A stretch of 64,000 nucleotides of DNA from an uncultured candidatus Porisulfidus sp. (lineage in GTDB: Bacteria > Pseudomonadota > Gammaproteobacteria > Poriferisulfidales > Poriferisulfidaceae): positions 1,184,001-1,248,000 of the forward strand of contig OZ241993.1 in the NCBI GenBank assembly GCA_965204575.1, read 5' to 3'. Positions within the stretch are counted from its first letter, which is position 1. Every line of letters begins with the position of its first letter. The translations under genes and the position numbers were made by a program. Under the pieces are notes generated by a model that did no database searches, had not been told where the DNA came from, and saw only the letters and a list, made by a program, of their open reading frames with translations. This document shows positions 1 to 12,611 of the stretch, piece by piece.

Positions 1-1
1 C

Positions 2-835
2 CGCCACATTGTCCTGATGCGCCCAATTCGCTCGATAATCGAGTTCAAGCAGATCATCGGACGGGGAACTCGAACCTACGAAGGTAAAGATTTCTTCACG
101 ATCTGGGATTTCGTGAAAGCGCACGAAAATTTTAACGATCCAGAATGGGATGGAGAGCCCGAAGATCCAATACCTCCCGAACTAAAATCGGATTATTCTT
201 CAAGTTTCTCAACCGGTGAAGATAGAGAAAACACAGGATTAAGTGAGAGTCCGGCGGAGAAGATTGTGGTTAGACTCGCGGATGGTAAAGAGCGAGCAAT
301 TCGGTACATTGCTGCGACCACCTACTGGAGTGCAGACGGAAAACCCATCTCTGCTGCCCAGTTTCTGGAGCGCCTTTTCGGTGATCTGGCAAATATGATT
401 ATTAATGAAGATCAACTTCGCGCAGCTTGGGCAAACCCTGACAATCGCCAGACTCTTCTTCAACAACTAGACGACCGGGGGTACGACCAAGGCCGACTAG
501 ATGACATTCGGCAACTAGTCGATGCCGCAGATAGTGACTTGTTCGATGTGTTGAGCTACATTTTATTCGCTAACCCGCCAAAGACTCGCCTGGAACGAGC
601 AGATGGTGTAAGGCAAGGTGGTTTAACAGGGGTCGACGGTGAGTTACGAAAACTCCTACTCGGGATCCTTCAGGCCTATGAAACTCACGGCGAGGGCGAA
701 TTGGCAGCCACAAAACTTGCCTCTTTCTTAATTGGGCGCTATGGCAGCGTAAGCGAGAGCCGTGAGCAGATCGGAGAACTTTCGACAATTCAAAATGCAT
801 TCAGGAGAATGCAGGTAGATCTCTACGCAAATTAA
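2..835 (+). CDS. hsdR: Type I restriction enzyme R subunit (EcoEI/EcoAI-like HsdR), C-terminal part; 5' truncated by window edge
   Basis: Frame is open from base 2 (RHIVLMRPIRS). Helicase motif VI FKQIIGRGTR is followed by FTIWDF..NFNDPEWDGEP and an EcoEI_R_C-like tail (LRAAWANP..R..LL; DSDLFDVLSYI). Confidence 0.85.
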   Translation, partial: RHIVLMRPIRSIIEFKQIIGRGTRTYEGKDFFTIWDFVKAHENFNDPEWDGEPEDPIPPELKSDYSSSFSTGEDRENTGLSESPAEKIVVRLADGKERAIRYIAATTYWSADGKPISAAQFLERLFGDLANMIINEDQLRAAWANPDNRQTLLQQLDDRGYDQGRLDDIRQLVDAADSDLFDVLSYILFANPPKTRLERADGVRQGGLTGVDGELRKLLLGILQAYETHGEGELAATKLASFLIGRYGSVSESREQIGELSTIQNAFRRMQVDLYAN

Positions 836-969
836 GAGATCCAATCCCAATGTCGGTGTTTCCTCCTTTATCCTGACAAATGTGGTGAAAGAAAATCGAG
901 TTTGGCAAACTATCAAAGACTTTTTACAGGTAATCACAGGGGAATGGAAAGGGATGTGGGGTTCATTAT

Positions 970-2013
970 GTGGACGTGACTCGGGAACTCGAAGATTTGA
1001 ATTATGAAATAATTCTTGAAATGCGTATTCCAAAAATTGAGTTACGGACATTACCTCAAAATCGCCCAACTTCCGAAGCCACGGCGTCGTGTGGCCATAA
1101 CAAACATGATTACGACCCTGGCATATGGGGAATTGAATATGCGTCGTTTCGCTACTTAAGCGGAATCACTGATAATAATCTCTGGGACCGATATCGAGCC
1201 ATAATCCGCAATATGCGTTCGTACACAGAGTCTGAGCGTGATGTCATACCAATCATAAGCTACCAAAGTTCTTGGTATTGGTTTCGAAAGGAATACCAAA
1301 CACGGCTTGAGTTTGCCTTTAGAGGAATTAAACTGCCTGCGCTTAGACATGTATCCAGTAACACAAGTAAGCATGGGCCCCTTCACCCCACCCCCCCGAA
1401 TGGAACAGAGATCATTTTCCGTTATGGTTCGCGGCAATATATGCAGAAAATGGTGAAAGAGGGGATTATGCGTTTTTCGCCCGCTCATGCATACAGAAGT
1501 ATAGGAAACGATGAGGCGCGCTGCGATGATGAGTTACAAAAACACTCCTATCTTCCAAGTCGATACACGACAGTAACGCATGAAAGTGGTCAACGTATAA
1601 AAGTAATTGGAGACATCCGAAAAACCGTGCAAGGTTCAGAATATTATTTAATCTGTTTTTCCTGTGTTTGGGACTCGGAACTATTCAGGGAATTTAACGC
1701 AGATATATGTGTTGCCATAACTGATCCATCCGAATTGGCAAAACGCCTAAAGTCAGCAAGTAGAGATACATTTCCTCAGTGGTATTTTCATGATGGCCCA
1801 GTCCAATATTTTGATCCATACGAGCGCGCGGGTAATGAACATTTGAGCACGGCGATATCCAAAGACTTCCGATTTGCTTACCAGAATGAATACCGCATCC
1901 TATGGACTCAGTTGGGGGCGAGTCCTGTTGATGGATTTAAGACTGTTAATATAGGACCTGCGCAGGACATTATGACGATGTACGAGGCAAATGGAGAAAA
2001 GATTTGTTTTTAA
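970..2013 (+). CDS. Hypothetical protein, C-terminal half DUF2971-like (possible ADP-ribosyltransferase-like fold)
   Basis: 347-aa AT-rich ORF co-oriented with hsdR. Motifs FRYG, YLICFS, VQYFD, KDFRFAYQNEYR. Start uncertain (GTG 970 or ATG 1021). Confidence 0.7.
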   Translation: MDVTRELEDLNYEIILEMRIPKIELRTLPQNRPTSEATASCGHNKHDYDPGIWGIEYASFRYLSGITDNNLWDRYRAIIRNMRSYTESERDVIPIISYQSSWYWFRKEYQTRLEFAFRGIKLPALRHVSSNTSKHGPLHPTPPNGTEIIFRYGSRQYMQKMVKEGIMRFSPAHAYRSIGNDEARCDDELQKHSYLPSRYTTVTHESGQRIKVIGDIRKTVQGSEYYLICFSCVWDSELFREFNADICVAITDPSELAKRLKSASRDTFPQWYFHDGPVQYFDPYERAGNEHLSTAISKDFRFAYQNEYRILWTQLGASPVDGFKTVNIGPAQDIMTMYEANGEKICF

Positions 2014-2124
2014 AAAGTAGAAACAATGGAAGAGAAACAAGTCAAGGCAATCAATGCAGGTAACCCAATAAAACGGTGGGAGGTGCGGAATCAATAGAGC
2101 AGGTAGCAGGAATACCGGAGAAAG

Positions 2125-3198
2125 ATGCCGCTTAATTTCAGGACTATGATGACATATGCATTTGTACACAGGATATATCGTCATGTTAATGACGAGATTT
2201 CTCTCCGTGATGTTTGGGCGATTAGAAACGAGGAGCTCAATGCTACTGCTGAAATCATCGAGAAGCATCTGCACGACGAGAAAGAACTTTCCAGACTGCA
2301 CCATGATGTTGCTTGGTTGTCGCAGGCCTTGATCGAGTTTGCCAGCATTTTGGACTTTCCTTCTCCCCAAGAGAGGTTGTGGTGGCGCAAGAATTATCTA
2401 TATTTCGAGGCTGTGAACGCACTTCGTGAAGCAGTTGTTGGGATGCTCAATGGCGTATTCAGATCATCGATAGGAACGTTACGCTCTGCTCTGCAGATGT
2501 TTCTGTTGCACTGTTGGTGGCAAGAACGGATGATGCGCGGCAAAAAAACCAAACATTTCTGTGAATGGCTTGAAGGCAAAAGAGATGCACCACCCTTTAA
2601 GAACATGTTGAGAGACAACCTGAGTTTCTTTGATATGCCATCCAATGATGCTGAAGTCGAAAAGGCCTATAAAATTTTTGAGCAACTCTGTCCTCACGTA
2701 CATGCACCATTGATAGAGGAGTCACTGACTACTCTTCGCCAAGGGAATGTACGGTCTGTAACGACCCCCGCTTTACTCTACTGGCTAACACTAGCCCGCG
2801 ACACTCTCCGGATGGCTTTGGATCACTTTGTTCATCACAGACCACAGAGTTTATTCCCAGTAGATATACCTAGAAAATTTGGCTTCAACCCACCTGTCGG
2901 AATGTATGCTGACAAGTTTAGTTTTGTTGCCCTGAATGCTGCACTTGGTGATGAGCGAATTAGGGAATGTCGCGAGAAATTGAGGGACCACGATATAGTT
3001 CAAAGTGTGACTGACTTCTATGAGATGCGGCCGGACTATACTGCAGAACAAATATCAGCAACTTGGGATGATGACTGCAGGCGGGAATTCGGTGATGATA
3101 TACCGGGCAACTTGGATGCCTGTTGGTTTTTGGTTAAGAACAAATTGCGCGTCACATCCATGGTTATGGCATATACCTCGGACGTATCAAGCAAATAA
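2125..3198 (+). CDS. Hypothetical helical protein, HEPN/DUF5677-like
   Basis: 357-aa AT-rich ORF with GGAG upstream. G.FRSSIGTLRSALQ and YKIFEQLCPHVH resemble the R..lE and Y..LS..vH motifs of HEPN-related families. Confidence 0.65.
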   Translation: MPLNFRTMMTYAFVHRIYRHVNDEISLRDVWAIRNEELNATAEIIEKHLHDEKELSRLHHDVAWLSQALIEFASILDFPSPQERLWWRKNYLYFEAVNALREAVVGMLNGVFRSSIGTLRSALQMFLLHCWWQERMMRGKKTKHFCEWLEGKRDAPPFKNMLRDNLSFFDMPSNDAEVEKAYKIFEQLCPHVHAPLIEESLTTLRQGNVRSVTTPALLYWLTLARDTLRMALDHFVHHRPQSLFPVDIPRKFGFNPPVGMYADKFSFVALNAALGDERIRECREKLRDHDIVQSVTDFYEMRPDYTAEQISATWDDDCRREFGDDIPGNLDACWFLVKNKLRVTSMVMAYTSDVSSK

Positions 3199-3314
3199 AC
3201 TGGACATAGTGTTAGCTTTGTGAATGGTTTCTCTGGACCTGTGTGACTTGTAAGTTTCTTTGCTATCTACCTACCAATATCCACAGAGTACTAAATATTT
3301 CCAAACCCCACCTA

Positions 3315-3364
3315 TGCTAAACTTGTCCGCCGCTCCGCAGGGTTCGGAGCAAGATTTTTGACAA
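3315..3364 (+). promoter_or_regulatory. rrn promoter (extended -10) with boxB hairpin and boxA antiterminator
   Basis: TG-C-TAAACT at 3315-3323, then a GC-rich discriminator. Hairpin gctccg/cggagc at 3332-3350. boxA-like GATTTTTGACAA at 3353-3364. Confidence 0.6.
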
Positions 3365-3524
3365 TTCGGTTATCAGATACAAAGCTTGTGTGGACGTTCG
3401 CCGGGTCGCGTGTTCAACGTAAAACCTGGCAGAACGCCACGCCTTAGAAAATTTTGTGATTTTCAACGGGCAGGGCGAACTCTGCAAACCTGACAACCAC
3501 GGATCTCCAAATCCGTGTACGTCT

Positions 3525-5061
<1,537 letters not shown>

Positions 5062-5161
5062 AAGAGCAAGAACACAACCCGGCGGACGTCCACACAAGCT
5101 TTGATCTGACAACCAGACGGAACTGGCAGGGTGCGCCGGCTGGCCGCGGCCCCCGGAACAC

Positions 5162-5239
<78 letters not shown>

Positions 5240-5249
5240 ACCGGGCCTC

Positions 5250-5325
5250 GGGGCCATAGCTCAGTTGGGAGAGCGCCTGCTTTGCACGCAGGAGGTCGGG
5301 AGTTCGAGCCTCCCTGGCTCCACCA
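5250..5325 (+). tRNA. tRNA-Ala(TGC)
   Basis: GGGGCCATAGCTCAG...TTTGCACG...GTTCGAG...CTCCACCA, 76 nt. Confidence 0.97.
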
Positions 5326-5531
5326 CCCGCCGCCGTCGAAAAAGATTTCGCGCGCCGTCGCTGAAGGCGGCGTGGCTGTTTCAAAATTTGGATGATTCAC
5401 ATGCGAATCCGGTCCCTTCGGGGATCGGGATTCAATTGGATCTTCGGTCCTTTCGAGGATTGACGATCCAACGTTTAATCAAGTCGATCGTTATGAAAAA
5501 ATATGCGGTTCCGGATCGTCTGGAGTCGCAT

Positions 5532-8408
<2,877 letters not shown>

Positions 8409-8462
8409 TGCTACTTCAGACCTTCCGCTTGATTGAGCGCTGTGAATCATCCGATCTTTTTT

Positions 8463-8580
8463 CGCCTGGTGACGATAGAGAACTGGAACCACCCGATCCA
8501 TTCCGAACTCGGCCGTGAAACGGTTCATCGCCGATGATAGTGTGGGGTCTCCCCACGTGAAAGTAGGACATCGCCAGGCA
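8463..8580 (+). rRNA. rrf: 5S rRNA
   Basis: GCCTGGTGAC...CCGAACTC...GAAAGTAGG..CGCCAGGC, about 118 nt. Confidence 0.97.
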
Positions 8581-8590
8581 CCTCACCGTC

Positions 8591-8620
8591 CGGCCCCGCC
8601 TCGTGCGGGGCCGTTTTTTT
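8591..8620 (+). terminator. Rho-independent terminator of the rrn operon
   Basis: cggccccgc-ctcgt-gcggggccg followed by T7. Confidence 0.9.
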
Positions 8621-8842
8621 AAGACAACCTGTCGCTGGGCAACGCATCGGTCCAGTGTAGTAAGATGAAACCTTACGGGATGCGGGGATAGGCTCATATT
8701 TCCCGCTGATTCTTTCACGGAAAAATTACGCTGGATAGACAGTTTGTGTGGTTTCCTTTCCCTGGCTGAGGGGAAGAGATCACGCCCAATAAAAGCCACA
8801 GCGCTTTGGGATGCTTGAAGTCTGGCGTATGGAGGCGACATC

Positions 8843-9736
8843 ATGGATGGATCTTGGAAGGAAGTTGCGCGGCTTCACTTCAAGGGCAAGCGCTATGATG
8901 ATCACTTGCTTGATGCGGTTGCGCTGCAGGAGTATATACAGTTCCAGAAGGTTGTAACAGAGACGGCAAAGGCCATCTGGAAAAAGAGACACCCTAGGCG
9001 TAAAAATTTGCCGAATAATTTTGAAGATCGCACGCGTCTGTGCTTGCGCGCAATCGAACAAGGGTGTGTAATCGTTCCTTTGGAAGTATGGGAGCAGCGT
9101 GCGAACTCTTCATTCTTCGATGAGGAGCCGGATGAAGTTTTGGCGGCAATTGATCTCGCCTACGGGGTTTTTAATGCTGCTGATCGTGGTGAAATCCTGC
9201 CGGAAGGTACTCCGAAAGACCTCCTTCTTGATCTGTCGAAATTGGGAGAGAAGTTGCCGGACGATGCGGAATTCGGATTTTCTCCTAGCGGTAAACCGAC
9301 GGTGGCCATTACGAATCAATCTCGTAAAAAGCTACTCAAATTTGTCGATGAGCCTTATGAAGACTCTGTTGAGATTATTGGTTGTGTTTTTGAGGCGGAT
9401 GTTTATAGAAGGCAATGCCACGTTTCATTGGATGACGGAACGAAGGTTCTTGCCGAGTTTACTGAAGAACAGGAATCTGACATAACATCAGCCCTGAAGG
9501 ATCACGACTCAGTCCGTCTGCAACTTGAGGGACGTGGTCAGTTTTCCCAAAGAGGGAAGCTCGAAAAAGTAATGTCCATAACGAAGGTTTTAGCCATACC
9601 GGGTGGAGAATCCTTGTTTAATCCAGATGCAGAACCGATAGAAGAAGCATTGGCCCGTATCGCAGAACAAATTCCAGAAAGTGATTGGGACAATGTTCCT
9701 CCCGACCTGTCTGTCAGGCATGACGACTATCTGTAA
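8843..9736 (+). CDS. Hypothetical protein, putative large antitoxin (C-terminal P.DLS.RHD.YL motif)
   Basis: 297 aa with GGAGG RBS, directly upstream of vapC. The tail WDNVPPDLSVRHDDYL resembles the motif of small VapC-associated antitoxins. Confidence 0.7.
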   Translation: MDGSWKEVARLHFKGKRYDDHLLDAVALQEYIQFQKVVTETAKAIWKKRHPRRKNLPNNFEDRTRLCLRAIEQGCVIVPLEVWEQRANSSFFDEEPDEVLAAIDLAYGVFNAADRGEILPEGTPKDLLLDLSKLGEKLPDDAEFGFSPSGKPTVAITNQSRKKLLKFVDEPYEDSVEIIGCVFEADVYRRQCHVSLDDGTKVLAEFTEEQESDITSALKDHDSVRLQLEGRGQFSQRGKLEKVMSITKVLAIPGGESLFNPDAEPIEEALARIAEQIPESDWDNVPPDLSVRHDDYL

Positions 9737-9814
9737 GTGGCGAGGTGATATTAGTAACATCGCCGTTTCTATGAATGTATTGGCAAGATTAATTTCACAC
9801 GGGGAGGTTGTCCA

Positions 9815-10264
9815 GTGGAGAAGGTTTTTGCCGATACGGTTTATTGGATCGCGACCATAAATCCGAATGACCAATGGGCCAATGCAGCAAGAGCAGCCAA
9901 AAGCCAACTAGGGCAACAGACCCTATTGGTTACAACGGATGAAGTGCTTGCTGAGGTTCTTACAGCTTTTTCAAAGACAGGAAGAAGGCAATCGGGTTGC
10001 GAAGAACAAGGCACGCGATTGCGCGAAGCGGTGGTAGAGGCAGTTGAGAAGATTCGAGCGAATCCGAACGTTGAGGTAATACCGCAATCTCGCGATTCTT
10101 TCGACAGGGGGCTAGAGTTGTATAAAGCTAGGGCCGATAAGGACTATAGTTTGACGGATTGCGTTTCTATGAATGTGGTGAGAGACCGTTCTATCCAGAA
10201 GATTCTAAGCGCGGACCACCATTTCGAACAAGAAGGATTCATTATTCTTATGAAAGAGGATTAG
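9815..10264 (+). CDS. vapC: PIN-domain toxin (VapC family)
   Basis: VFADT..W, TTDEVLAE, YSLTDC.S, SADHHFEQEGF supply the four PIN acidic residues. GGAGG RBS before the GTG start. Confidence 0.9.
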   Translation: MEKVFADTVYWIATINPNDQWANAARAAKSQLGQQTLLVTTDEVLAEVLTAFSKTGRRQSGCEEQGTRLREAVVEAVEKIRANPNVEVIPQSRDSFDRGLELYKARADKDYSLTDCVSMNVVRDRSIQKILSADHHFEQEGFIILMKED

Positions 10265-10275
10265 GGAGACATACG

Positions 10276-10461
10276 ATGGGTGAAAAATCGTATTCTAAAG
10301 ACAAGGTAGACCGCAATGCGGTTGCGGATAAGATCAATGAAATCTTTGCGCGCATCAAACCTTCGCCCGAGGATGCTGACCGTTCCGAAGAGGAAATCAT
10401 GGAAGAGGTCATCAAAGACATTGCTGAAGCACGAAAAGAACGCCGTGATTGCGGGACATGA
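10276..10461 (+). CDS. Small acidic antitoxin-like protein (61 aa, MGEKSYSK...)
   Basis: GGGAG RBS, ATG at 10276. SEEEIMEEVIKDIAEARKERR tail; stop overlaps the next start (ATGA). Confidence 0.6.
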   Translation: MGEKSYSKDKVDRNAVADKINEIFARIKPSPEDADRSEEEIMEEVIKDIAEARKERRDCGT

Positions 10462-10550
10462 GGGTCGTCTTTGACGGTAATGTGCTCGTTTCAAGTGCAA
10501 GTACAATGACGGGAGTTCCCAATGCCTGGGGGGGAGAGGCATCGCTCTGA
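10458..10550 (+). pseudogene. Truncated PIN-family toxin (N-terminal 30 aa only)
   Basis: Translates MRVVFDGNVLVSSA..., matching the MRVVLDTNVLVSA start of PIN toxins, then stops at TGA 10548-10550. Not in the ORF track. Confidence 0.65.
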
Positions 10551-10741
10551 TGGATAAGATTCACGCTTTCGGTCGTGGTTTGTTGGATGGCTTCACGTCG
10601 TTTCGGTTTCTTTTTGGAAAAGATACTATCTATTCTTCTGAGCTCTTGGATTATGAAAGAGATCTTGAGTGCCTTGGGCGAGACATGCAACAGGCATTTA
10701 CCAATGTTTCGGCCACTAAACAACAAATCTCTTGTAAATAA
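10550..10741 (+). CDS. Hypothetical 63-aa protein
   Basis: ATG overlaps the preceding TGA; AT-rich; D..CLGRDM..A motif. Confidence 0.4.
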   Translation: MDKIHAFGRGLLDGFTSFRFLFGKDTIYSSELLDYERDLECLGRDMQQAFTNVSATKQQISCK

Positions 10742-10833
10742 GACCGGGAACTGTCCCCATTTGGAGTCTTTATCAAAAGCATCAAATCTCAGAATGGCCC
10801 CGATATCTGAAAATTTGGTAACGATATTCTGGG

Positions 10834-11634
10834 GTGGCCTTTAAACGGTCAAGTTTTTTGACTGAACCTTTTTCTCCCTTGCCGCTGGATGCCGAAAGGA
10901 TCGCCGAGGCTCTGCCCGAGGCGGTTCGCGCCCGGTGCGGTGAGATCGAGGTGGTCGATGAAGTCGCCTCCACCAACGACATCCTGTATGGTACCGATGC
11001 CCGCGACTGGGTGCAGGTTGCGCGGCGCCAGACCGGAGGCCGTGGTCGCCAAGGCCGGAACTGGGAGATGGCCGACGGAGCCTTGTGCTTCTCGGTGCTG
11101 CACGCCTTCCCGGCACAAGCGCCGCCGGCTCTGGCATTGTGGGCTGGCATCGCCCTAATTGAGCACCTGCGCAAGATGGAGCTCGGGCAGCCCTATCTGA
11201 ACTGGCCCAACGACCTGATGTACGACTCCGCGAAATTCGGTGGAATCCTCACCGAATGCCGCGCCCGCGACAGGCAGACCCGTTGCGTGGTCGGCGTTGG
11301 CATCAATGTGGAAGACGTACCGGAACTGGACCGCCCGACCACCTCGGTCGCCCGCGCCTGTGGGCAGTCTCCCGACCCGAACCGCTTGGTCGCCGGGCTG
11401 ATCGAATCGGTGGCCACCTGCCTCGTCCGATTGGATGATGGCGCTCCGGGCGAGCTTAAGGCATACTTTGAGCCGTACGATGGTCTCAAAGATTGCGAGG
11501 TGCAAGTGACCAGAGAAAATCAAGCATACACGGGTCGCGCGCTGGGCGTCGACGACAGCGGGTGCCTGCTGGTCGAAGGGGAAGAGGGCGTGCGGCGGTT
11601 CGACAGTGCCGACGTGCGTCTACGTCGCTCATGA
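10834..11634 (+). CDS. birA: Biotin--[acetyl-CoA-carboxylase] ligase, no N-terminal HTH
   Basis: STN, QTGGRGRQGRNW, (K>N)WPND, KFGGIL, GVGINV and C-terminal G...GVDDSG.L. Start uncertain (10834 or TTG 10879). Confidence 0.92.
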   Translation: MAFKRSSFLTEPFSPLPLDAERIAEALPEAVRARCGEIEVVDEVASTNDILYGTDARDWVQVARRQTGGRGRQGRNWEMADGALCFSVLHAFPAQAPPALALWAGIALIEHLRKMELGQPYLNWPNDLMYDSAKFGGILTECRARDRQTRCVVGVGINVEDVPELDRPTTSVARACGQSPDPNRLVAGLIESVATCLVRLDDGAPGELKAYFEPYDGLKDCEVQVTRENQAYTGRALGVDDSGCLLVEGEEGVRRFDSADVRLRRS

Positions 11635-12374
11635 CCCTGCTGCTGGACCTCGGCCATACCCGCGCCAAGCTGGGCGAGGAGCGGGAGGGGCAGATCTTCC
11701 GGCTTGGGGTGGCGCCCATATCCGGCATCAGCCGGCTGCATCAGACGCTGCGCGAGCGTCAGGATCATGAAGAAACCCTGTATGCGGTCTCGACCATGCA
11801 GGGCAGCGCCGGAGACGAATTGCGCAAAGGCGCCGAGGAGGCATGGGGCGGGCCGGTGTCGTGGGCCGACCCTGAGAAAGTGCGCGGTGACATCAACCTG
11901 CACTATCTGCAACCGGAGACCTTCGGGGCGGACCGGCTGCTGGCGATGCGGGCGGCGCGCGAGCGCACCCATTCATCTTTCATTGTCGTGGATGCCGGGT
12001 CGGCAATTGCCGTGGACGGGCTGACCGAGAGCAACGAGCACTGCGGCGGCTGGATCGTGCCGGGCTACCTCCGGCAGAAAGACGGCCTGGCGATGCTGCA
12101 CGCGGCCGATCAGGCGCCGCCGGTGAGCCCGCTCATCACTTCCCATACCGGCACGGCCGAGGCGGTTGAATCGGGAGTCTGGAAGCTCCTGTCCGGCGGC
12201 ATCGATTCCATGTGCGCGCGGTTGCGCGAGGATGTGCTGGGCAGGCACGCCCTGGTCATGCTGACGGGTGGCGATGCCGAGAAACTTCAGGTCTGGTGCC
12301 ATACGCCGATGATCGCAGCACCGGATCTGGTGCTGGAGGGATTGGCGCTCTGCGCTCGCGAACTCTCTGCATAG
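11631..12374 (+). CDS. coaX: Type III pantothenate kinase
   Basis: LLLDLGHTRAK, FGADR, VDAGSA..VD, GG.IVPG, TGGDA, DLVLEGL. ATGA overlap with birA, the usual birA-coaX pair. Confidence 0.92.
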   Translation: MTLLLDLGHTRAKLGEEREGQIFRLGVAPISGISRLHQTLRERQDHEETLYAVSTMQGSAGDELRKGAEEAWGGPVSWADPEKVRGDINLHYLQPETFGADRLLAMRAARERTHSSFIVVDAGSAIAVDGLTESNEHCGGWIVPGYLRQKDGLAMLHAADQAPPVSPLITSHTGTAEAVESGVWKLLSGGIDSMCARLREDVLGRHALVMLTGGDAEKLQVWCHTPMIAAPDLVLEGLALCARELSA

Positions 12375-12391
12375 AGAAGAAATAACAGGAC

Positions 12392-12408
12392 TGCAAATCT
12401 GGTGCCGG
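12392..12408 (-). promoter_or_regulatory. sigma54 (-24/-12) consensus site
   Basis: Minus strand reads CCGGCACCAGATTTGCA (GG-N10-GC; consensus YTGGCACG-N4-TTGCW). Confidence 0.4.
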
Positions 12409-12470
12409 ATTCCCGGTGCCATAAATCGCCTGCCGTAATCCCGCTTGCAGGTTACAGAACGAAATAAGGC

Positions 12471-12599
12471 GGCAACCCTCTTGCATGCCGCAGGAGTCGC
12501 AGAGGGCTGCCTTTGGGTGGCAGCCCCCCCGCCTGTCGCAGGAGTGACGGGGAGCTGCCGGTCCGACGGTTTCAGGAGTCCCTGGGATGAAAGGCTCCC
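12471..12599. repeat. Two related GC-rich hairpins with GCAGGAGT apical loops plus a third CAGGAGT; candidate sRNA or terminator
   Basis: ggcaaccctc..gagggctgcc at 12471-12511 and ggcagccccc..gggagctgcc at 12519-12559. CAGGAG at 12491, 12539 and 12573. Confidence 0.5.
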
Positions 12600-12611
12600 T
12601 TCCCCTGCCGG

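Noticed and set aside
2026-2124. Upstream in-frame ATG suggesting a longer or read-through version of the 2125 ORF
   Set aside because: Two in-frame TAG stops intervene, and 2125 has its own GGAG.
12433-12456. GTAA...TTACA considered as a GacA/UvrY box for the candidate sRNA
   Set aside because: Spacing and sequence do not fit TGTAAG-N6-CTTACA.
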